Shown here piece after piece: positions 1 through 6,848 of a stretch of 15,304 nucleotides of DNA; position 1 is the stretch's first letter; each line of letters starts with the position of its first letter. The DNA is from a virus. Location: the UHGV virus genome UHGV-0078760; one strand, 5' to 3'. The notes beneath the pieces are model-generated. The model saw nothing but the letters and a program-made list of their open reading frames with translations. It was not told the DNA's origin and searched no databases. Made by a program: the position numbers and the translations under genes.

Positions 1-287
1 TAATCCCAATGAATGGCTACATCCAACGCTGCACCAAGCCCAATGTTTATGGCTATGTTACTTTTATTTAGGTGAGTGTTACTGCTTCTTTTTAGATGGA
101 TTCTGTTAAATATGTCATTTTTATTATTGTTTAGTTTGTAAGTAAATGACTGAGGTTTAAATACAATTTGTGGTTTATACGATAGTTTTCTTTGTAAACT
201 GGCCTGCCCAACAACCATTAAAGCAGCTATTGCAGATACCAATGCTGCAATAGCTGCTACTAAGGCTATCAATCTATCTGGGGTCAT
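1..287 (-). CDS. Partial CDS running off the window start; hypothetical protein with N-terminal hydrophobic anchor (MTPDRLIALVAAIAALVSAIAALMVVG...); could be host flank or prophage-border cargo
   Basis: ATG at 287..285 on minus strand, open to position 1 with no stop (about 95 codons) by manual translation; AT-rich; not in the supplied ORF track. No convincing Shine-Dalgarno. Confidence 0.3.
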   Translation of the reverse strand, partial: MTPDRLIALVAAIAALVSAIAALMVVGQASLQRKLSYKPQIVFKPQSFTYKLNNNKNDIFNRIHLKRSSNTHLNKSNIAINIGLGAALDVAIHWD

Positions 288-326
288 CTTCGCATCTCAA
301 CTCAATTCAAGAGATGAGATTATTCT

Positions 327-1502
327 TCAGTTTTGTTTGCGATTCAATGTTTGTAATGAAGTATTATTATCGTACTCTTTCAAATATCGACCATAATGCC
401 TAAACAACATTTCTGGACCTTTATGGCCCATCTGAGTGGCGAGCCAGAACAAATTTGTACCTTGACTGATATGCCTTGTGGCGAATGTATGTCTGGTCTG
501 GTAGGGGTTACGGTATCGAATTCCAGCTTTACGTAATGTAGGTACCCACGCTTTCTTCCTAATAGCATCAGCGCTAGCCCATGCTTTATTGCTTTTGGGG
601 TCTTCGAAGACCGTATCATCTTTCATAAAAGTGAAAGATTTCTGACTAGTTAGAGCATCTATTGCTTCGGTAGTCAGTTCAACTTTCCGTGTTCCAGCTT
701 TGGTTTTGGTCCCTTTGATTACGCCAACAACGCTGGCGTTCTGAACATGGGCCGTCATCCCTATAAAGTCGATATCACGCCAACGAAGAGCACACAATTC
801 GGAACTACGCAGCCCTGTTTGTATCGCGAACCGGAAAAGATTCTCCCACTGCTTATTGCCAGCAGCAGAGAGCAAAGCGTCTACTTCTGCTGGTGATAGC
901 GGATCAACCACATAACTACTTTCTGCCTCTGATTTATCACCTTGGTACCGTGAGGCTGTTACCAGTGATACAGGGTTAATCTGAAGCACACCATCCGTCA
1001 CCGCCTCATCCAAAGCAGAACGCAGGAATGACAGTTGGTTTCGGATAGTCTTTAATGTTGTTTTCTGGTTTTGGATCCATGTCTTCAGCGCGGCCGGCGT
1101 CAACTCACTTGCAGGAAAAATATGAAGTGATGACAGCGCGCTTCGGCATTTCTTATATCCACCAATTGTTGAAGGGGATAGTTTTCTCGTTTCACAGATA
1201 ACCAGATATTCGTCCAGGTACATCTTCACCGTTTTGCCTGCGGCAGCGTTGCCGAAAATTTTTAACCGGGTAGAACGGGGAAAGTATTCTGCATAAACAA
1301 ATGTCCCCCTCTCGATCTTGTTATGGATTTCGCCGAGTGTGCGCTCGGCGTATTTGATGTTTTTTGGGGTTACGTCCAGATTAGAAAGGGGCTCACGGCA
1401 TTTAACCCCTTTATAAGTGAAGGTAATATTGATGGTTTCGCCGTTGCGATGTTTCCTAATGGTTACGCCGCGCGGGAGCTTAGGCGATTCTGTCGTGCCC
1501 AT
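327..1502 (-). CDS. int: Tyrosine site-specific integrase (lambda-family architecture)
   Basis: 391-aa ORF with ATG start; C-terminal catalytic region with conserved R...HxxR...Y pattern (..RHTFATRHISQGTNLFWLATQMGH..RHYGRY); 5' end overlaps upstream excisionase as in lambda xis/int. Confidence 0.9.
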   Translation of the reverse strand: MGTTESPKLPRGVTIRKHRNGETINITFTYKGVKCREPLSNLDVTPKNIKYAERTLGEIHNKIERGTFVYAEYFPRSTRLKIFGNAAAGKTVKMYLDEYLVICETRKLSPSTIGGYKKCRSALSSLHIFPASELTPAALKTWIQNQKTTLKTIRNQLSFLRSALDEAVTDGVLQINPVSLVTASRYQGDKSEAESSYVVDPLSPAEVDALLSAAGNKQWENLFRFAIQTGLRSSELCALRWRDIDFIGMTAHVQNASVVGVIKGTKTKAGTRKVELTTEAIDALTSQKSFTFMKDDTVFEDPKSNKAWASADAIRKKAWVPTLRKAGIRYRNPYQTRHTFATRHISQGTNLFWLATQMGHKGPEMLFRHYGRYLKEYDNNTSLQTLNRKQN

Positions 1503-1681
1503 TTTGCAACCTCACTAAGATCAATCCATCTTTCCTTAACGCCGTCGACCTTTAGCACCTGAACCCCTTCACGCCATACTCCACGTTGCACACGTTTGTT
1601 GATGGCATCCGGGGTTTCGCCAGTCTCTTTGCAATAAGTTGAGATGGGAACACAATCGAGGCTCAGCATATATTTCTCCAT
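1463..1681 (-). CDS. xis: Excisionase (Xis-like small winged-helix protein)
   Basis: Small ORF immediately upstream of and overlapping int. Track ORF begins with TTG at 1744; internal ATG at 1681 gives a 72-aa product, the same length as lambda Xis, so preferred. Start uncertain (alternative ATG at 1668). Confidence 0.65.
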   Translation of the reverse strand: MEKYMLSLDCVPISTYCKETGETPDAINKRVQRGVWREGVQVLKVDGVKERWIDLSEVAKWARQNRLSSRAA

Positions 1682-1707
1682 TACCCCGGCTGCACCCGGG
1701 GAAAATT

Positions 1708-2286
1708 TTAGCTGTTGCTGGTGGTTGGGATTAGTTTCTGCCAAATCGCTGAAACATATTTCGCCTGGTGGCGGGCATCAGCCAGTGCGTTATGTGCAAC
1801 CCCATCGAATGGCATATCACGCTTAGGATCGAAACCTACAACTCTGCCTAATGTGACTATGGTTCTTACGTCGTGATCATTCCAAAATTGCCAAGGGCAA
1901 ACCTGGCCGGCACGTTCATATGCTCCACGCAATATAACGTTGTCGAAAGTAGCTCCATTACCCCAAACTTTTAAATATTTCGGATTATCAGAATGCCGAT
2001 TAATGAAATGGCTCAGTTCAGATAGGGCAGACGATATTGGCATAGCATCATCAACACAGATTGCTGATCGTGCTTCTGGGCTTTGTCTTAACCACCACAG
2101 AATAGTGTCACCATCCGGCACAGCTCCCTGTTCCATAGCACTTTCAAGGTTAACGGCGGTGTAAAACTCCTGACCCAGTTCACCGCTTTGCGGATCGAAG
2201 AACACGGCACCAATGGAGACGATAGGGGCATTTGGTTTTTTGCCCATGGATTCAAGGTCGATCATTAAATTGTTCACGTTATACAT
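1708..2286 (-). CDS. DnaQ-like DEDDh 3'-5' exonuclease
   Basis: Exo motif I (MIDLESMG, D-x-E) and motif III (HNALADA) visible in translation. Start placed at ATG 2286 directly after AGGAGA and overlapping the upstream gene stop (ATGTATAA); the track's upstream extension lacks support. Confidence 0.8.
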   Translation of the reverse strand: MYNVNNLMIDLESMGKKPNAPIVSIGAVFFDPQSGELGQEFYTAVNLESAMEQGAVPDGDTILWWLRQSPEARSAICVDDAMPISSALSELSHFINRHSDNPKYLKVWGNGATFDNVILRGAYERAGQVCPWQFWNDHDVRTIVTLGRVVGFDPKRDMPFDGVAHNALADARHQAKYVSAIWQKLIPTTSNS

Positions 2287-2704
2287 TCTCCTGCTGCGTT
2301 GCTGCTTCGAAATGCTCGACACCTTTAGCCCATATAGCTTTGATGGTCGTCCAGGTGACAGGAACGGTAATTTCAAGCCTTCCGCTACCGTCACATGTTT
2401 CGCACTCATCTTCGCCAAAACACTCCGGGCAGTTTATAAACTTCGTTTCTGAAAACTCACCGGATAGCACGCCCTTAGCGCCGTTCTCAGCGGTTAGTTT
2501 CTTCTGGACCATCACATAACCATCTTGGGTTATTGGAAATTTGCCAGCCTTACGGCATTCCAGCTCATCCAGCAGCACCAGCACACGCTGCGCAAGCCAG
2601 CGCTTTTCCTCATCGCCATAGGAGTTGTCAGCTATCTCTTTGAGACGGCCAGTGCCAATATCACCACCATCAGCGCGATATGCCTGTTTGTTGAGTGCTG
2701 TCAT
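2279..2704 (-). CDS. Hypothetical phage protein with Cys-rich zinc-ribbon motif (CPEC...CETCDGSG, CxxCxGxG-like)
   Basis: 141-aa ORF; start ATG overlaps stop of upstream gene (ATGA at 2701-2704); zinc-binding-like CxxC pairs seen in translation. Confidence 0.6.
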   Translation of the reverse strand: MTALNKQAYRADGGDIGTGRLKEIADNSYGDEEKRWLAQRVLVLLDELECRKAGKFPITQDGYVMVQKKLTAENGAKGVLSGEFSETKFINCPECFGEDECETCDGSGRLEITVPVTWTTIKAIWAKGVEHFEAATQQENV

Positions 2705-2934
2705 TGGGCTGCCTCCTCGAATAAAACCTCTCCCTCAATGCCACCAATCTGATAAACGATCGAACCGTCTTCACGATATTCCATCGGAGCTGCACTCCAG
2801 CCTTCGCCGTTAGGTGCATCATCATCGCCGACCAGAACAAATCCGCCACTAACAACACTGGCAGGATATATTTCGCCCTCAGTCCAGTAGCCCTCTGTAT
2901 CTTTGAGACATTTGATAAAAAGCTGATTGCTCAT
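2701..2934 (-). CDS. Small strongly acidic hypothetical protein (77 aa; 15 Asp/Glu vs 3 Lys/Arg)
   Basis: ORF with ATGA overlaps at both ends (2931-2934 and 2701-2704), indicating translational coupling in the early-left operon; residue counts made directly from the translation. Confidence 0.55.
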   Translation of the reverse strand: MSNQLFIKCLKDTEGYWTEGEIYPASVVSGGFVLVGDDDAPNGEGWSAAPMEYREDGSIVYQIGGIEGEVLFEEAAQ

Positions 2935-3185
2935 AGCGCGGCTCCCTGTCTGGCTTTGTTCAATAGCTGGTTAAACATCATGGTTAGGCTGTTACTACAC
3001 CCAAACGGCATATCGTTAACACGGTAAGTAGGAATTCCCTTGCGAACACCAGACTTCACGATCCGGCCGGTGCCATAGAGTTGCGATAATGCGCCAGCGA
3101 CCGCGGGTGTCTTTTTGTTCATACCTTTGGCGATTTCACCGCTGGTGGTATTCGGATGAGCCTGGAGATATTCAAATACGGTCAT
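2931..3185 (-). CDS. Small basic hypothetical protein, possible winged-helix DNA-binding protein
   Basis: 84-aa ORF; ATG at 3185..3183 overlaps stop of the 54-aa ORF upstream (ATGA). The HTH assignment is a by-eye impression, not a verified domain hit. Confidence 0.5.
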   Translation of the reverse strand: MTVFEYLQAHPNTTSGEIAKGMNKKTPAVAGALSQLYGTGRIVKSGVRKGIPTYRVNDMPFGCSNSLTMMFNQLLNKARQGAAL

Positions 3186-3349
3186 GGCGTTTTACCTTTA
3201 CGTTCCTGTTCCAGTTGCACCAGAGACTCTTTTAATGCTGCGAACGTAGCGTCCAGTCTGGTGGCGACTTCGCGCATAAGCGGTGCATGTTTTGGTGGTA
3301 ATTCAGCAACGGAGGCAAAAGCCTTCGCTACGAGCTCTTTTACCTTCAT
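3182..3349 (-). CDS. Unlisted small ORF, 54 aa (MKVKELVAKAFASVAELPPKHAPLMREVATRLDATFAALKESLVQLEQERKGKTP)
   Basis: Manual minus-strand translation: ATG at 3349..3347 overlaps the TGA stop of the HD-hydrolase gene (ATGA), and its TGA stop (3184..3182) overlaps the ATG of the 84-aa gene (ATGA). Fills an otherwise unexplained 160-bp gap. No strong SD. Confidence 0.35.
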   Translation of the reverse strand: MKVKELVAKAFASVAELPPKHAPLMREVATRLDATFAALKESLVQLEQERKGKTP

Positions 3350-3885
3350 GCGGCGCATTGGCGCAGATCCATCAGTTCGTTAAAGCGATTCATGAACAGG
3401 CCATAGGCTTGACCAGGACGGAGAGGGATAACCTGAACGAGATCAGAGCAGGGAATACCTTCGAGAATTTCCCACTTCGAACCGTCATCGATTTCCAGAT
3501 CACGGCGCTCGGTGGCTAACATGGTGAGATCGGCATATTTCACGACGGCTGCTTGTTCAAGTGAGATACCGAATTTAAAGCGGATAAGACCATCAACATA
3601 AGTTTCCATGCGTTGGTAGTCTGGTAACAGGGCTTTGAGCGGGGCAGGAATATCCTGGCAATATGCCTCCGCAGCATCGTGCATTAGCGCTTCAAAGGCG
3701 AACTCTGGCGGCACAATCTGGCTTACAAGCACAGAGTGCTGGGCCACGCTGTAGAACTCTGGCAGATGCCCAGCGAATCGACAGATGTTGGAAAGAGCTG
3801 TCGCGATATCTTCAACATCGATATCGTCGATTGTGGCGGTCAGGTAGTTAAATTTTTTACCGGATAATGTCTGAATGTAGCTCAT
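3346..3885 (-). CDS. HD-domain metal-dependent phosphohydrolase (YfbR/YfdR-like 5'-deoxynucleotidase family)
   Basis: Translation shows HD-family signature segments (..VAQHSVLV.., ..LMHDAAEAYCQDIP..). Start placed at ATG 3885 (MSYIQ..) with GGAG 6 nt upstream, rather than the track's upstream start. Confidence 0.8.
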   Translation of the reverse strand: MSYIQTLSGKKFNYLTATIDDIDVEDIATALSNICRFAGHLPEFYSVAQHSVLVSQIVPPEFAFEALMHDAAEAYCQDIPAPLKALLPDYQRMETYVDGLIRFKFGISLEQAAVVKYADLTMLATERRDLEIDDGSKWEILEGIPCSDLVQVIPLRPGQAYGLFMNRFNELMDLRQCAA

Positions 3886-4013
3886 GGTTTTCTCCATATT
3901 GGCGCGCTGCACCGCGCAGATTTTGGTTGCACGAATCCCTCGCCGGGTGGCGATAATTAATGGAATTACGCTTCAATAAATCCCCGCGGCGCCGGGGATT
4001 TAATGCAGAGCAA

Positions 4014-4841
4014 TTAGGCTTTAAAGTTACCGATGAAAGTTTCCACTGATTCACCGTCGAACTTGCTGATCAGCAGATCGCGGAATTCATTGGCGATCTC
4101 TTCTTCCTGGGCTTCAAGTTGGACGATGCGCAGAACAAAGCAGGGTTCATCGCTGGTCAGCAGGCTGTTACGCAAGCTAAAACGTCGTTCGCCCAGACCT
4201 TCATACGGCACACATTTGAATTCAAACGCCACAGGCATTACGTCTTTGCTGCTTGCTTCAACGCTTTGCATCAGGGATTTTTTACCAGCGAAATCACTAG
4301 TTTCATGGTCCTGCTGGGTTGCTTGTTGAATGGTGATACGACGCACTGCCTGAGCCGCCAGGGAAATCTGCATCGTATTACCATCGGCATCAAACGCCAG
4401 CAGGTAATCACTCCAGTCTTCCAGCCATTCAGCAATTTGCTTTTGCTTCAGACGTTGACCATCGATCTGCAGTAACGCGCGGACCGGGGCGGTTTTCTTC
4501 AGGGTGATCGAAGCAACGTTATCGGCGTGACCGGGATTATCCAGGGTGCCGATGTTGAACACTGAACGAGCGGTCATGTTGTCAGCATCAATGAAGCAAC
4601 GGGCTGGATCGCTGGCGCTGGCGTAACCTATAGAATAACGTGCGAAATCTTCAATACTGGTTGTTGTCATTGCACCACGGAAGCGGAAACGCTCCAGAGA
4701 AAAGCGCTCAAGGCTTTCAACGCTAGTACCATCTGGCAGCAATGCGGTCGGGCAAGCCAGACCATGAATATCATCCAGGTGGTAGCCAGAAAGGACCAGG
4801 TCTTTTACCTGCTGAAATGTACCGCTGTCTAACTGAGACAT
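4014..4841 (-). CDS. Conserved prophage protein of unknown function (recalled as DUF2303 / YfdQ-like)
   Basis: 275-aa ORF, ATG start with AAGGA SD 7 nt upstream. Same size and neighbourhood as yfdQ next to an HD hydrolase in E. coli CPS-53-like prophages; family assignment is from memory and not searched. Confidence 0.65.
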   Translation of the reverse strand: MSQLDSGTFQQVKDLVLSGYHLDDIHGLACPTALLPDGTSVESLERFSLERFRFRGAMTTTSIEDFARYSIGYASASDPARCFIDADNMTARSVFNIGTLDNPGHADNVASITLKKTAPVRALLQIDGQRLKQKQIAEWLEDWSDYLLAFDADGNTMQISLAAQAVRRITIQQATQQDHETSDFAGKKSLMQSVEASSKDVMPVAFEFKCVPYEGLGERRFSLRNSLLTSDEPCFVLRIVQLEAQEEEIANEFRDLLISKFDGESVETFIGNFKA

Positions 4842-4897
4842 AGAAATTCCTTATTAACTGATGATCGAAGTGGTATCAGTGAGTTTGTTGTTGCGGA

Positions 4898-5269
4898 TCA
4901 CTGAGCCGCTTTAAGCTTTCCATCCACCGCGCCAGTGATCCCGAACAGCTGACCCTGATCTTCCTGCAGGATGGTGAGCTTCCCGCCTTTGTTGACCCAC
5001 ATCGGGGTTTCGGTTGTGTCCTCTTCGGAGGCTTTACCACGCGGTGTTGGGGTGCTGTAGTTCAGCTTGTGCTTGATCTTGACGCGCTTCTCTTCAACGG
5101 AATTACCCATGCGCTCAAAATCAAATGTGAGGACTACTTTGCCTTTGTTGCCGTTGTTCAGAACGCCAAGCGCGGTGGTATTAAGTGCTGCCGCGATTTT
5201 GTTCATGAACACGCCGGCATCCAGTTCGCCAAGGAAATCTGGCACTACGGTCATGCGGTCATTACTCAT
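4898..5269 (-). CDS. Hypothetical early-left prophage protein (123 aa from internal ATG); first gene downstream of the PL leader
   Basis: Track ORF begins with TTG at 5356; the ATG at 5269 (MSNDRMTVV...) has GAGG about 8 nt upstream and is preferred. Confidence 0.55.
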   Translation of the reverse strand: MSNDRMTVVPDFLGELDAGVFMNKIAAALNTTALGVLNNGNKGKVVLTFDFERMGNSVEEKRVKIKHKLNYSTPTPRGKASEEDTTETPMWVNKGGKLTILQEDQGQLFGITGAVDGKLKAAQ

Positions 5270-5776
5270 GGTTTTACCCTCGTTAAGGCGGCTGCAACCG
5301 CCGAACTTTCTCCATACACAACAGAGAAGGGCACCTGCATTTGTCGGCGACTGCAATCGCCATCCTCTTGCCCGGGGGGATTGGGTTATGAGCCCGTCGC
5401 CCGGTGATACCCTTTTCTGTTGCGCCCTGAAAAAGGCTGGCGGTTACCGGACAAACGTGAAAACACCGGGCCGCCAGAACAGGGAGTTACTTGTTATTGC
5501 TTTGGCCTGCTTTTAACCACATCAGGCGTGGTGGTAGGTATCTTCGGGCGGGGTGCTAAGGGGGTGATTAGCCCTTGCCCTTAACACTCCTGCTGGTTTT
5601 GGTATTCCTGGCTTGGGTATCGCCACCAGCTATAGGAATTTGACTACGAGTTGCGGTTAATCAGACCGCGCCTCTGTTACCCCTCCCGAAGACACCTGTC
5701 AGCGAATCATCCGGTTATTCATATGCCACCGGCGGCTACTTCGTGGGCGTCCTGCCTGTTCGCTGTTTGTTTATTT

Positions 5777-5828
5777 AGTGTAGGATAACTTACAAAGAAA
5801 GGTCAAGAGGAAATGTTGGATAACTTAC
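5777..5828 (-). promoter_or_regulatory. PL-like leftward early promoter with two operator-like inverted repeats (OL)
   Basis: On minus strand: -35 TTGACC (5801-5806) - 18 nt - -10 TACACT (5777-5782). Operator-like 14-mers GTAAGTTATCCTAC (5780-5793, overlapping spacer and -10) and GTAAGTTATCCAAC (5815-5828). Mirrors the PR arrangement. Confidence 0.5.
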
Positions 5829-5840
5829 ATTGAGGGGTGA

Positions 5841-5863
5841 AAAAAAACCGGGATAACCCGGTT
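5841..5863 (-). terminator. Rho-independent terminator downstream of the repressor gene
   Basis: Stem AACCGGG / CCCGGTT with ATAA loop; on the minus strand the hairpin is followed by an 8-U tract; sits 3 bp downstream of the cI stop. Confidence 0.7.
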
Positions 5864-5866
5864 TCC

Positions 5867-6523
5867 TTATAAATCCATTATCACTTGTCTTACTAATCCG
5901 ACCAAACGGCAGTTGCCGTTTACCTCGAGCATCCTGTAGTTGGGATTGAGAGGTACAAGGTATTTAAGCGGACCATCAATGACGAATTTTTTTATAGTGG
6001 CTTCGTCACTTCCCATTAGCTGAGCAATGACAATTTTACCATTTGCTTGGCTGGCATCTCCAAAGTCAGGTTCTACGACGACGAGAGAGCCCTCCGGGAT
6101 GCTTGGTGCGCCATTTGGGTTAGTCATTGAGTCACCGCGGACTATTAGTGCAAAAGCGCTCTCTGAAACAGCTGCTGAAGTGTAAACCCAGTCTTGAATG
6201 TCTCGTTCCGTTATCGCACCGCTATTGGCAGTCCATTCCCCGGCTTGCACCCACGTTAAAACGGGAACTGATCTAATTCCGAATCTCTGCTCTGGGTTCA
6301 TTGTTGGCGGTTGTTGTTTCCCGTCATCCTTACCCTCCAGCAACCACTGCGGTGTCTTTTCAAGAGCAGCCGCAAGCGCCTGAAGGTTCTCACCGCCAGG
6401 TTTATAGTCACCAGATTCCCAGCCGGTGATCGTGACGCGGTTTACCCCGACAAGCTTTGCCAGGACGGATTGCGTCATCTTCAGCTCTTTTCGTCTGCTT
6501 CGGATTCGATCATTCATTTTCAT
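5867..6523 (-). CDS. cI: CI-like phage repressor (N-terminal HTH, C-terminal S24/LexA-like autopeptidase)
   Basis: N-terminal HTH segment (MTQSVLAKLVGVNRVTITGWESG); C-terminal S24 signature with GDSM serine motif and downstream lysine (..IVRGDSMTNP...KKF..). Start placed at ATG 6523 (alt 6517); the track's longer N-terminus would run into the operator region. Confidence 0.85.
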   Translation of the reverse strand: MKMNDRIRSRRKELKMTQSVLAKLVGVNRVTITGWESGDYKPGGENLQALAAALEKTPQWLLEGKDDGKQQPPTMNPEQRFGIRSVPVLTWVQAGEWTANSGAITERDIQDWVYTSAAVSESAFALIVRGDSMTNPNGAPSIPEGSLVVVEPDFGDASQANGKIVIAQLMGSDEATIKKFVIDGPLKYLVPLNPNYRMLEVNGNCRLVGLVRQVIMDL

Positions 6524-6588
6524 GTAGGCAATCCTACCATTTTCTAATGTAGGAGTGCTTGACCATTTTATGTAAGATATCCTACTAT
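6524..6588. promoter_or_regulatory. OR/PR region: rightward promoter PR with operator-like inverted repeats; candidate PRM on the opposite strand
   Basis: Plus strand: -35 TTGACC (6559-6564) - 18 nt - -10 TACTAT (6583-6588). Operator-like 14-mers GTAGGCAATCCTAC (6524-6537, abutting the cI ATG) and GTAAGATATCCTAC (6572-6585, over the -10). Weak minus-strand candidate: -35 TTACAT, -10 TACATT. Confidence 0.6.
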
Positions 6589-6622
6589 CTATGCACTGCA
6601 TGACCTAACTCCAGAGGGAAAA

Positions 6623-6820
6623 ATGAAAAAGAATGACGTTATCTCTTACTTCGGTGGCGTAGGGAAAACCGCCAAGGCGCTGAATATCTCCCACGCATCT
6701 GTATCGGGCTGGGATGAAGTTATCCCAAAGGGGAGGGCATTTGAGATCCAGGCGCTGACGAAAGGTGATTTGAAAGTTAACCAATCCCTTTATGAAAAGC
6801 GTAGTCATTCGGCTGCGTGA
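6623..6820 (+). CDS. cro: Cro-like small HTH regulator (YdaS-type Cro/C1 HTH)
   Basis: 65-aa ORF divergent from cI; GAGGG SD 5 nt upstream of ATG; HTH segment GGVGKTAKALNISHASVSGW; transcribed from the PR candidate. Confidence 0.8.
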   Translation: MKKNDVISYFGGVGKTAKALNISHASVSGWDEVIPKGRAFEIQALTKGDLKVNQSLYEKRSHSAA

Positions 6821-6848
6821 TTAAAACCACAGAAAATAGGGGACAACC

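Noticed and set aside
1-326. tRNA gene as integration target at the int-proximal end
   Set aside because: No T-loop-like GTTCRANNC motif or cloverleaf-compatible sequence seen by eye in 1-326; cannot exclude without a tRNA scan.
1682-2418. N-terminal extensions given by the track for xis (TTG 1744), the exonuclease (2418), the HD hydrolase (3912), the 123-aa protein (TTG 5356), cI (6601), Rha (10288) and the Q-like gene (GTG 12006)
   Set aside because: Each extension overlaps the upstream gene or regulatory DNA and lacks an SD, while an internal ATG with a good SD or a coupled overlap exists; shorter starts adopted.
1323-5516. Plus-strand track ORFs (1323..1562, 1644..1826, 1940..2164, 2213..2452, 2232..2519, 2525..2752, 2625..2813, 3156..3383, 3283..3519, 3663..3851, 4033..4329, 4119..4475, 5067..5516, 5069..5407) plus minus-strand 380..619, 2670..2858 and 3857..4054
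   Set aside because: All lie antisense to, or in alternative frames of, well-supported minus-strand genes with coupled starts and stops; compositions are low-complexity; interpreted as shadow ORFs.
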